Source of the DNA: Macrostomum lignano
Taxonomy: Eukaryota
Length of the DNA stretch: 64,000 bases
Assembly: GCA_002269645.1 (NCBI GenBank)
Contig: NIVC01000729.1
Location: forward strand, 10,697-74,696
Direction: 5' to 3'
Positions 53,790 to 64,000 of this stretch are shown in pieces. Numbering within the stretch: position 1 is the stretch's first letter; each line of letters begins with the position of its first letter. The notes below the pieces were generated by a model. The model worked only from the letters and a program-made list of their open reading frames with translations, ran no database searches and had not been told where the DNA came from. A program made the position numbers and the translations under genes.

Positions 53790-55430
53790 CTACTCAACGC
53801 GATGGGATTTTAAAGTAAGCGTCACGACCACCGCGACAATAACCGGGGAGAGCGGAATCGCCACTGCCACCAGAGCGACAGCCGCGGCCAGCAGGACCGA
53901 CAGGCCGACTGTGGGCACCAGGATGAGTCCAAGGATGCGCAGAACTGAAATAATCAATATCAAGTTCTGACTGAACATTCAGAATGAAATCATAATTAAT
54001 TATGGTCGCCCGTTCACTGCTTTACGATCGTTGCAGTCCTCTGGACGGCGACTCTTACCGAAAAGGGAGCCTCGAACGAGTCGTCGAAGTCTCGGCCTGT
54101 TGGGCAGGAACTTCTCACGGCAGCCGAACACGCTCAGCCGATTCGAGTGCGAGCCGAACACGCTCCAGCGGAAATAGGGGATCTTCAGCTGCGGGATCCG
54201 CCACCGCTTGCTGCACAGGTAGCAGAACTCGTGCTCGCAGTGCGCGCACGTCATGTGATTGCAGCCGTCGTTCTTCTCAATCATCGCCTTGCACTTCGGA
54301 CACCGGCGGGCCTTCCTCAGACCCGACTGCTCCAGCTGCTTGGCCCAGTCCTCCAGCAGGTGCACTCCCGACCGGAACCTGCGGCACGAGAGTCCCGGAT
54401 GCGCCGGCGAGTGACAGTCGAAGCACCAGACGTAGTCGCACTGGGCGCACTTCACCGTGACGCCTCCGTGCTCCTTCTGCCACCTGCCGTTGCGCAGCCG
54501 CATCCGCCTGCTGGGACGCTGGGTCAGACAGCTGCACCTCGGACAGTCTCGTTCGCTGCTGCTGTTGCCGCCGCGTTGTCTGGCGAGCAGCTGCTCCCGG
54601 CGATTCATGGCCGAGTCGCTGAGCAGGTGGCGCAGCTGCGGCACCGTCAGCACGGCTGAGCAGCCCGGGCAGCCGAGCTTCGCGCCCACCTCCATCAGGT
54701 GGTCAGTGAGCCAGCGGTGCAGGCAGAACACGCAGACGGAGGTCTGGCAGCAGCCGCCGAGCCACAGCAGGCTGTCGTCCTCGCTGCAGCAGATGTCGCA
54801 CTGGCCCAGCCTGTACTCGCCTTCCGACTCGTCCCGGGCTCCGGCCCGCTCGCTGAGCTCGTGCATCGACGCGGTGAACAGGTTGTAAAATTCGGAGCTC
54901 GCCGCGCTGTCCTGCAGCTGCTGGTGGCAGGCGGGCCAGGCCTGCAGTCTCGGCAGGATGTTCGCAGCAGAGCTGCACTCCAGCAGTTCCACTATGGGCT
55001 CTCCGTTTGCGCAGGCAACTTTGCCGATCGAGTGGACGATGTCGAAAAGCGACGAGCGGGGCAAGTCGGCGAACATGGCGTCGCCCAGCTCCTCGTGCAG
55101 CAGCCGCATGGTCAGCGCCAAGCTCGCTTCCTGCGTCACAGACTGGAGGTTGTCGTCGGTAGCTTCACTGCCAGCGGACGAGCGCTCTTCAGTTTCAGAG
55201 ACATCGCTGTCTCGATGTTCTCCGAAGTAATTGCGAGTAATTTCCAACACCCGCTGTCGATCTTCATCTGACAGCGCCGCCATCTGCTCCGGACTGTCCA
55301 TTATCTCAAGGGCGGACGCAATGACGGCTTCGTTGATTTCAGCATCAACAGGTGACGATTCAATCGACGCCGCTTCGATGTTGATCGAATTTATGGACAC
55401 CTCGTCCAGAGACGCTACTTGTGAGCTCAT
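53790..55430 (-). CDS. RNF217: RBR (RING1-IBR-RING2) E3 ubiquitin ligase, RNF217-like, 2 coding exons, ~508 aa
   Basis: Exon 55430-54059, phase-1 intron 54058-53945, exon 53944-53790. RING1 CDIC..CC..VC..C, IBR, RING2 with GCNHMTC catalytic motif, RNF217-type GSH..LSVFGC...RP.LRRLVRGS, and a C-terminal hydrophobic TM segment. Confidence 0.9.
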
Positions 55431-56399
55431 ACTTCTTTCTTTCTGCCAATAACTTTTTAAGAGCTTTGTGTAGGCAGATGCAGACGAGTTTCTTTTCTCG
55501 AGCCTCTCTTCTTTTCAGTAGGGCCGTTTATAAAGATTGAATGGCGTGGTCAGACGAGGTGCTGTGTAGCCTGTCGCGAGTTCACCTCATGGGCAGTTTC
55601 GCTTTACTTAACAACAGGAGTGCGCCTGCAGGTGAGTCAGAGCTATAATTAGAATACTTTGCGCACAGAAATTCAGCAGATAAAACCGCTGCTAGGGCAG
55701 AAGAAAGCGTCAAAGGTGCACATTATTGTGCATATTGCTGTGCGTCTACAGCATGGGCCATGCTGTACTTCTTTATACTGTTTAGCTAAAACTTGTCTCC
55801 GAGAGTTAAGAAGCAAACAGCCTTGTTTATACAGCTTTCAGACGGTGACAGTGTTCCACACAGCCTGCGCTACTATCTGCATGTACATGTAGCAGTGTCA
55901 AATTATGCATCAAGGATATCCAAACTCTCGTGCCGAAGTCACTGACGTGTGCAGTCTAGTTACCTTGGGGTCTCGCGAAAGAAAAAAATTGCCGGGTGGT
56001 TTGTCGTACGATTCTGGTTTTTGAAGGGCGACCCCTTTGGAAAGCTCGACGATTCGAAAGTCACAGTGCACCCTGTGTGAGCATGTGTATGCCAGATAGT
56101 GCGTGTGCGTGTCTGCATACAGTACTGCTTGTATGTGCTCAGTAGTCAGTGGAAAGGGGCGGAATTGCCTCAGCTCTGGTTGTGAGACCATGTCGCTGAA
56201 GGCCTTCTGCGAGAGTGAGTATACAGCCCTCCTGCGGATATTATTGCATATACATATACTCAGGGTTAGGGTGGTTAAATTTATGGCTCAATGGGTTGTT
56301 GAGAATCCATGTTTGAGTTCAAATCGACTTCGAAATGATTTGATTGCAACTGCACTTTTCAGCCTTGCAAATTTTAAATCTAACAAAACTTCTTTGTAT

Positions 56400-56652
56400 A
56401 TTGCATGCAGGGCCCTGCTTGGACCAAACCGAAGGGATATCAGGGCGGTGATCATGGACCTCTCAGGCCTGCGGAAGAATCCGCAGTGAGAGGCACACCC
56501 ATTCTGCTTCTCCGGTGTTGAGAATGCAAAGCACTTCATCTGTGAATGCCCCGCCTTTACTCAGGGACAGCTCACCTATACCTCTATACCTAGACTATAC
56601 CTCCGCTGTATCCGGATGCCTGGAACCACCTAAGCTAAATTAAGTAAGTAAA
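56400..56652 (+). pseudogene. Degenerate 3' end of a LINE (CCHC zinc knuckle; I/R1/LOA-like)
   Basis: RRDIRAVIMDLSG ... PFCFSGVENAKHFICECPAF with an in-frame stop; ends in TAAGTAAGTAA. Confidence 0.55.
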
Positions 56653-57288
56653 GCCAAGAGACATTCGCCGAATACTACTGAGTAAGTAGAACAGATAAGG
56701 TTTGAATTTCGATCTTGCCTATCATCCAGGCCACAACGCAGATATACCTGTAGCTGCCTCTCAACCCTTGCATTGCACCCTAGCAGCCGATGGCTATGAA
56801 AACAGCCAAGGCCCGCAGCTCATCCCACCAGTGAGCTCATTAAAAATGCATAGAGCTGCAACAACTGATCAGGAAATAGGAGGATGGGGATGGGAATCAC
56901 GTCGATGGGGACCGATCAAGAGACATAAAGCAACTTCAATAGCGATGATGACGCAGGAAGCCTGCAGAGCTGTGGCCTCCGCGTCAAATAAAATGCAGCT
57001 GATTAATGGCAATTGCTGGCCACCCCACTGAGTACCCGAGCGCAGCCCATCAACGCTTTGCCCGCATCTCATACCAAACAAGCGAGCTCCCCTGTCGCAA
57101 CATCCAAGCCACTCCCCTCCCCACTCCGCTGCTCCCGTCGCTACGGAGAGCCAGAGAAGACAAGCTGAAGCAATTTAGTCGGCAAAAAGCCGACGGCAAA
57201 AACCCACGCGCAACATCTCATGCTCAGTACCGCTAAGCCGCTAAGCAAAATGGAATCACCGGGCAAAACCCACAGCTGCAAAATCATC

Positions 57289-58291
57289 ATGACAGCCGCT
57301 CTTCTTCTGCTGTTGCCTCTTGCTGACTCGGCAACGAGCTGCAGCAGACGCTGGTGCCAGTACCGAATGCCGCACTGCCTCGACGAGACCTCGGCGCTGA
57401 CTCGATGGAGCTCGCAAAGCCTGCAAGCCTGCGTGTTGAAAGCGAGCAGCGAGCCTGACGACCTGGTGCTTGAGTGGAACAAGCAGACAGGTGTGTGCTC
57501 GCTCTTCCACTACCAGCAGGTGTGTCGCACGATGCAGGCAAGCGGTGCCGTCGCGATCGGAGCTGGAGCTGCAGTGCAGCAGTCGCAGTGCTCGGTGTAT
57601 CGTGCGTTGTCGTTGGCGAGCTGCGACGCCTCGCTCGACGCTCAGCTGGTGGGCGTGTGGCTGGCAGGTGGGAGCAGCCGGTTCAGCAACCTGGTGTGCC
57701 AGAGCGACAGCGGCGGCGGCGGCGGCCACCGACTGGAGAGTGCGAACCTGCAGTGGACTGAGGAGGGCGCCCGCTTCGACGGGACATCGTCGTACTCGCT
57801 TCGTCTCGAGCGACCCGTCGGCCAGCTTCACGTGGCTGATGAGGCTTAGTAGGCAGCCGAGGATCCAGCCCTTCATGGAGGCTGTGTCCTGCTCAGACTG
57901 GGTTACGTATGGGGCCCACGTTTGGGAGTACGATTCGGCTAATCGAGTTTACTTTGCAAAGATGATATCAAATTCCGAAAGCAACAGGTTCGTGCTGTAC
58001 TCCGACCATCAAAATCTGCTGCCAGCCAGCAACGAGTCGTGGATCAACATCGGGGTCACCGTCAAAGCCGGCAACTTCGCCCTTTCGTCAATGTACTTTA
58101 ACGGCAATTTTGTCTCTGTCAACGAAGACAATTGGAATGCCAATCATCAGCTGCCCTGCCAGTTTTTGTCGGTGGGTCGCAGGTTTACCGGAGAAGGCGC
58201 CAGTCTCAATGGAGTTGTTCGGGCCGTGGCTGTTGCCAACACCTCAATGACGCTGGCCGAAATCAATGAGTTTTTCTCTGTGCTACCGTGA
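57289..58291 (+). CDS. Secreted protein: signal peptide + PAN/apple-like Cys domain + LamG/pentraxin-like domain; one frameshift at ~57795-57822 (~333 aa if joined)
   Basis: MTAALLLLLPLADSA signal. SLQAC..W..QTGVCSL is PAN-like. FDGTSSY (frame 1) continues as SFTW..W..IGVT..MYFNG..LSVG....SLNGVVRAVAV (frame 2), a LamG_3-like pattern. AATAAA at ~58448. Confidence 0.65.
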
Positions 58292-58869
58292 AAAGCTTGG
58301 CCGCTTGAGTCGGCCATCGCACCCAGAGAAGAAATCCGGTATCAATGATTTGAAACAGTTTTCTGACAGTTGTCTAAATGATGAAACAGCTCTAATTAGT
58401 TCTAATATTCGTCAAACCCCAGAGAGTACATGCATGCAGTACAGTGCAAATAAAACTGACAAATGCATATTAACAAATCTGTTCAAGACGTATTTTCCAG
58501 CTATATAAAATATTTGCTTCGTTAATTAGAGCAATATGTAAACCTCAGCTGTTGTAGTCAGTCGCTCGTCGTACATTAGCACAATAATAAAAAAAACATT
58601 ATATTTGACGTTTCATGTCACACAATAAATGCTTATTTTCAATTTCAATTTATAAAAACAACTGCTCATTGATAAAATGCGAGAAAACGGTTTAAAAAAT
58701 ATTAAATTCTTAAATACAAATACTAATTGCAAATAGCTACGGTACCAGTTGCTGATTCAAGTCCGGCACGGCAAACATGACGTTCGGCCTCTGAGACTGA
58801 AATTTGAAAACGGGAGCAAGAATTTTACATTCGAAAAAATTAATTTACGCTTCTTCGTTTGCTGTTAGG

Positions 58870-59160
58870 GTGGCCCAGCAACTGGGAATCTGGGAGGCTG
58901 GCGGCCCAGCAACGAGAGGATCTGGGAGGCTGCTGACCCAGCAACTGAGGATCTGGGAGGCTGTGGCCCAGCAACTGAGGATCTGGGAGGCTGCTGACCC
59001 AGCAACTGAGGATCTGGGAGGCTGTGGCCCAGCGACTGGGGATCTGGGAGGCTGGCCCAGAAACTGAGGATCTAAGAGGCTGGCCCAGCAACTGAGGATC
59101 TAAGAGGCTGGCCCAGCAACTGAGGATCTGGAAGGCTGGTTCAGAAACTGAGAATCTGGG
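58870..59160 (+). repeat. 28-34-bp minisatellite, same family as 41230-41835
   Basis: Visible. Confidence 0.93.
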
Positions 59161-59494
59161 AGAGTAGCGGTAGTCTAGCAACTGAGGTTGATCGCAGATT
59201 TGGTAGGGTGGAAAGCACGAATGCCTTGCAATCGCAACCAATGACGGACAAATTACATGTATTGTAAGACAGATCAGTTGTGATGATGCTGGCAATAAAA
59301 GTATGACTAAAGTAAAGAATAGCTAACTGCCTAGACATTGAATTCTAGCAACATCTAGGAGCCGAAGACATGATTTTGAGAAAATAATAGAATTTGCTAT
59401 TAATAAAGAATAACCAAGTAAGATTTAGCAGTGTAAAGATTGGTCTTTACCCATGTACATCAGAGTCTGACCGAATGCTCCACTCGATTTTAGA

Positions 59495-62400
59495 GTTGGT
59501 AAATGGACGATTCTAGAGTTGGTAAATAGGCGATTCTAGAGTTGGTAAATAGGCGATTCTAGAGTTGGTAAATAGGCGATTCTAGAGTTGGTAAATAGGC
59601 GATTCAAGAGTTGGTAAATGGGCGATTCTAGAGTTGGTAAATGGGCGATTCTAAAGATGGTAAATGGGCGATTCTAGAGTTGGTAAATAGGCGATTCTAG
59701 AGTTGGTAAATAGGCGATTCTAGAGTTGGTAAATAGGCGATTCTAGAGTTGGTAAATAGGCGATTCTAGAGTTGGTAAATAGGCGATTCTAGAGTTGGTA
59801 AATAGGCGATTCAAGAGTTGGTAAATGGGCGATTCTAGAGTTGGTAAATAGGCGATTCTAGAGATGGTAAATGGGCGATTCTAGAGTTGGTAAATAGGCA
59901 ATTCTAGAGTTGGTAAATAGGCGATTCTAGAGATGGTAAATGGGCGATTCTAGAGTTGGTAAATAGGCGATTCTAGAGATGGTAAATGGGCGATTCTAGA
60001 GTTGGTAAATAGGCGATTCTAGAGTTGGTAAATAGGCGATTCTAGAGATGGTAAATGGGCGATTCTAGAGTTGGTAAATAGGCGATTCTAGAGATGGTAA
60101 ATGGGCGATTCTAGAGTTGGTAAATAGGCGATTCTAGAGTTGGTAAATAGGCGATTCTAGAGTTGGTAAATAGGCGATTCTAGAGTTGGTAAATAGGCGA
60201 TTCTAGAGTTGGTAAATAGGCGATTCTAGAGTTGGTAAATAGGCGATTCAAGAGTTGGTAAATGGGCGATTCTAGAGTTGGTAAATAGGCGATTCTAGAG
60301 ATGGTAAATGGGCGATTCTAGAGTTGGTAAATAGGCAATTCTAGAGTTGGTAAATAGGCGATTCTAGAGATGGTAAATGGGCGATTCTAGAGTTGGTAAA
60401 TAGGCGATTCTAGAGATGGTAAATAGGCGATTCTAGAGTTGGTAAATAGGCGATTCTAGAGATGGTAAATGGGCGATTCTAGAGTTGGTAAATAGGCGAT
60501 TCTAGAGATGGTAAATGGGCGATTCTAGAGTTGGTAAATAGGCGATTCTAGAGTTGGTAAATAGGCGATTATAAAGATGGTAAATGGGCGATTCTAGAGT
60601 TGGTAAATAGGCGATTATAAAGATGGTAAATGGGCGATTCTAGAGTTGGTAAATAGGCGATTCTAGAGATGGTAAATGGGCGATTCTAGAGTTGGTAAAT
60701 AGGCGATTCTAGAGTTGGTAAATAGGCGATTCTAGAGTTGGTAAATAGGCGATTCTAGAGTTGGTAAATAGGCGATTATAAAGATGGTAAATGGGCGATT
60801 CTAGAGTTGGTAAATAGGCGATTCTAGAGATGGTAAATAGGCGATTCTAGAGTTGGTAAATGGGCGATTCTAGAGTTGGTAAATAGGCGATTCTAGAGTT
60901 GGTAAATAGGCGATTCTAGAGTTGGTAAATAGGCGATTCTAGAGATGGTAAATAGGCGATTCTAGAGTTGGTAAATAGGCGATTCTAGAGATGGTAAATA
61001 GGCGATTCTAGAGTTGGTAAATGGGCGATTCTAGAGTTGGTAAATAGGCGATTCTAGAGTTGGTAAATAGGCGATTCTAGAGTTGGTAAATAGGCGATTC
61101 TAGAGTTGGTAAATAGGCGATTCTAGAGTTGGTAAATAGGCGATTCTAGAGTTGGTAAATAGGCGATTCTAGAGTTGGTAAATGGGGACTCTAGAGATGG
61201 TAAATGGGCGATTCTAGAGTTGGTAAATGGGCGATTCTAAAGATGGTAAACGGGCGATTCTAGAGTTGGTAAATAGGCGATTCTAGAGATGGTAAATGGG
61301 CGATTCTAGAGTTGGTAAATAGGCGATTCTAAAGATGGTAAATGGGCGATTCTAGAGTTGGTAAATAGGCGATTCTAGAGATGGTAAATGGGCGATTCTA
61401 GAGTTGGTAAATAGGCGATTCTAGAGTTGGTAAATAGGCGATTCTAGAGATGGTAAATAGGCGATTCTAGAGTTGGTAAATGGGCGATTCTAGAGTTGGT
61501 AAATAGGCGATTCTAGAGATGGTAAATGGGCGATTCTAGAGTTGGTAAATAGGCGATTCTAGAGTTGGTACATAGGCGATTCTAGAGTTGGTAAATGGGC
61601 GATTCTAGAGTTGGTAAATAGGCGATTCTAGAGTTGGTACATAGGCGATTCTAGAGTTGGTAAATAGGCGATTCAAGAGTTGGTAAATGGGCGATTCTAA
61701 AGATGGTAAATGGGCGATTCTAGAGTTGGTAAATAGGCGATTCTAGAGATGGTAAATGGGCGATTCTAGAGTTGGTAAATAGGCGATTCTAGAGTTGGTA
61801 CATAGGCGATTCTAGAGTTGGTAAATGGGCGATTCTAGAGTTGGTAAATAGGCGATTCTAGAGTTGGTACATAGGCGATTCTAGAGTTGGTAAATAGGCG
61901 ATTCTAGAGTTGGTAAATGGGCGATTCTAAAGATGGTAAATGGGCGATTCTAGAGTTGGTAAATAGGCGATTCTAGAGATGGTAAATGGGCGATTCTAGA
62001 GTTGGTAAATAGGCGATTCTAGAGTTGGTAAATAGGCGATTCTAGAGTTGGTAAATAGGCGATTCTAGAGTTGGTAAATGGGCGATTCTAGAGTTGGTAA
62101 ATAGGCGATTCTAGAGTTGGTAAATAGGCGATTCTAGAGTTGGTAAATAGGCAATTCTAGAGTTGGTAAATAGGCGATTCTAGAGTTGGTAAATAGGCGA
62201 TTCTAGAGTTGGTAAATAGGCGATTCTAGAGTTGGTAAATAGGCGATTCTAGAGTTGGTAAATAGGCGATTCTAGAGTTGGTAAATAGGCGATTCTAGAG
62301 TTGGTAAATAGGCGATTATAAAGATGGTAAATGGGCGATTCTAGAGTTGGTAAATAGGCGATTCTAGAGATGGTAAATGGGCGATTCTAGAGTTGGTAAA

Positions 62401-63895
62401 TAGGCGATTCTAGAGTTGGTAAATAGGCGATTCTAGAGATGGTAAATAGGCGATTCTAGAGTTGGTAAATAGGCGATTCTAGAGATGGTAAATAGGCGAT
62501 TCTAGAGTTGGTAAATGGGGACTCTAGAGATGGTAAATGGGCGATTCTAGAGTTGGTAAATGGGCGATTCTAAAGATGGTAAATGGGCGATTCTAGAGTT
62601 GGTAAATAGGCGATTCTAGAGATGGTAAATGGGCGATTCTAGAGTTGGTAAATAGGCGATTCTAGAGATGGTAAATAGGCGATTCTAGAGTTGGTAAATA
62701 GGCGATTCTAGAGATGGTAAATGGGCGATTCTAGAGTTGGTAAATAGGCGATTCTAGAGTTGGTAAACGGGCGATTCTAGAGTTGGTAAATAGGCGATTC
62801 TAGAGTTGGTAAATGGGCGATTCTAGAGTTGGTAAATAGGCGATTCTAAAGATGGTAAATGGGCGATTCTAGAGTTGGTAAATAGGCGATTCTAGAGATG
62901 GTAAATGGGCGATTCTAGAGTTGGTAAATAGGCGATTCTAGAGATGGTAAATAGGCGATTCTAGAGTTGGTAAATAGGCGATTCTAGAGATGGTAAATGG
63001 GCGATTCTAGAGTTGGTAAATAGGCGATTCTAGAGATGGTAAATGGGCGATTCTAGAGTTGGTAAATAGGCGATTCTAGAGTTGGTAAATAGGCGATTAT
63101 AAAGATGGTAAATGGGCGATTCTAGAGTTGGTAAATAGGCGATTATAAAGATGGTAAATGGGCGATTCTAGAGTTGGTAAATAGGCGATTCTAGAGATGG
63201 TAAATGGGCGATTCTAGAGTTGGTAAATAGGCGATTCTAGAGTTGGTAAATAGGCGATTCTAGAGTTGGTAAATAGGCGATTCTAGAGTTGGTAAATAGG
63301 CGATTATAAAGATGGTAAACGGGCGATTCTAGAGTTGGTAAATAGGCGATTCTAGAGATGGTAAATGGGCGATTCTAGAGTTGGTAAATAGGCGATTCTA
63401 AAGATGGTAAATGGGCGATTCTAGAGTTGGTAAATAGGCGATTCTAGAGATGGTAAATGGGCGATTCTAGAGTTGGTAAATAGGCGATTCTAAAGATGGT
63501 AAATGGGCGATTCTAGAGTTGGTAAATAGGCGATTCTAGAGATGGTAAATGGGCGATTCTAGAGTTGGTAAATAGGCGATTCTAGAGTTGGTAAATAGGC
63601 TATTCTAGAGATGGTAAATAGGCGATTCTAGAGTTGGTAAATGGGCGATTCTAGAGTTGGTAAATAGGCGATTCTAGAGATGGTAAATAGGCGATTCTAG
63701 AGTTGGTAAATAGGCGATTCTAGAGATGGTAAATAGGCGATTCTAGAGATGGTAAATGGGCGATTCTAGAGTTGGTAAATAGGCGATTCTAGAGATGGTA
63801 AATAGGCGATTCTAGAGTTGGTAAATAGGCGATTCTATAGATGGTAAATGGACGACTCTAGAGATGGTAAATGGGCGATTCTAGAGGTGGTAAGT
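59495..63895 (+). repeat. 23-bp satellite (GGCGATTCTAGAG[T/A]TGGTAAAT[A/G])n, ~190 copies
   Basis: Period 23 (59521, 59544, ...); both array ends lie inside the window. Confidence 0.98.
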
Positions 63896-64000
63896 GGGGA
63901 TTATAGGCGATGTGTGAACCTATGGGTGGTACAAATCAAATCTTATAGTGAAGTCTAATGTACCTGCAAGTATACTTAATAACACACAATTTTTTAGTTA

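Noticed and set aside
54002-55452. Plus-strand ORFs antisense to the RBR ligase (also antisense ORFs over the LINE fragment and transposases)
   Set aside because: Shadow ORFs of GC-rich coding sequence.

Overview
Repeat-rich animal genomic DNA with spliceosomal introns, transposons and satellites; no prokaryotic features, CRISPR array, rRNA or intact tRNA were seen. The style suggests an invertebrate such as the flatworm Macrostomum, which is inference only. The first ~25 kb is a nest of mobile elements. It holds an 11.5-kb CACTA/EnSpm(CMC)-like DNA transposon (191-11737). That element carries a transposase split by a -1 frameshift at an in-phase A_AAA_AAG heptamer, plus a divergent 7-exon DUF4806-like partner gene. 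Next is a dead BED-finger hAT transposase interrupted by a solo LTR and by an intact DD34D mariner. There are several MITEs with clean target-site duplications (TSDs), a 2.3-kb foldback element with a 9-bp TSD enclosing a LINE fragment, and a second solo LTR. The host genes are a 5-exon MXD/Mad-family bHLH-ZIP repressor (46154-27473, minus) with satellite-filled introns and a tRNA-derived SINE, an RNF217-like RBR E3 ligase (55430-53790, minus), and a frameshifted secreted PAN/apple + LamG-like protein (57289-58291, plus). The window ends in a 4.4-kb 23-bp satellite. All calls come from manual reading and motif recognition; no database searches were run.
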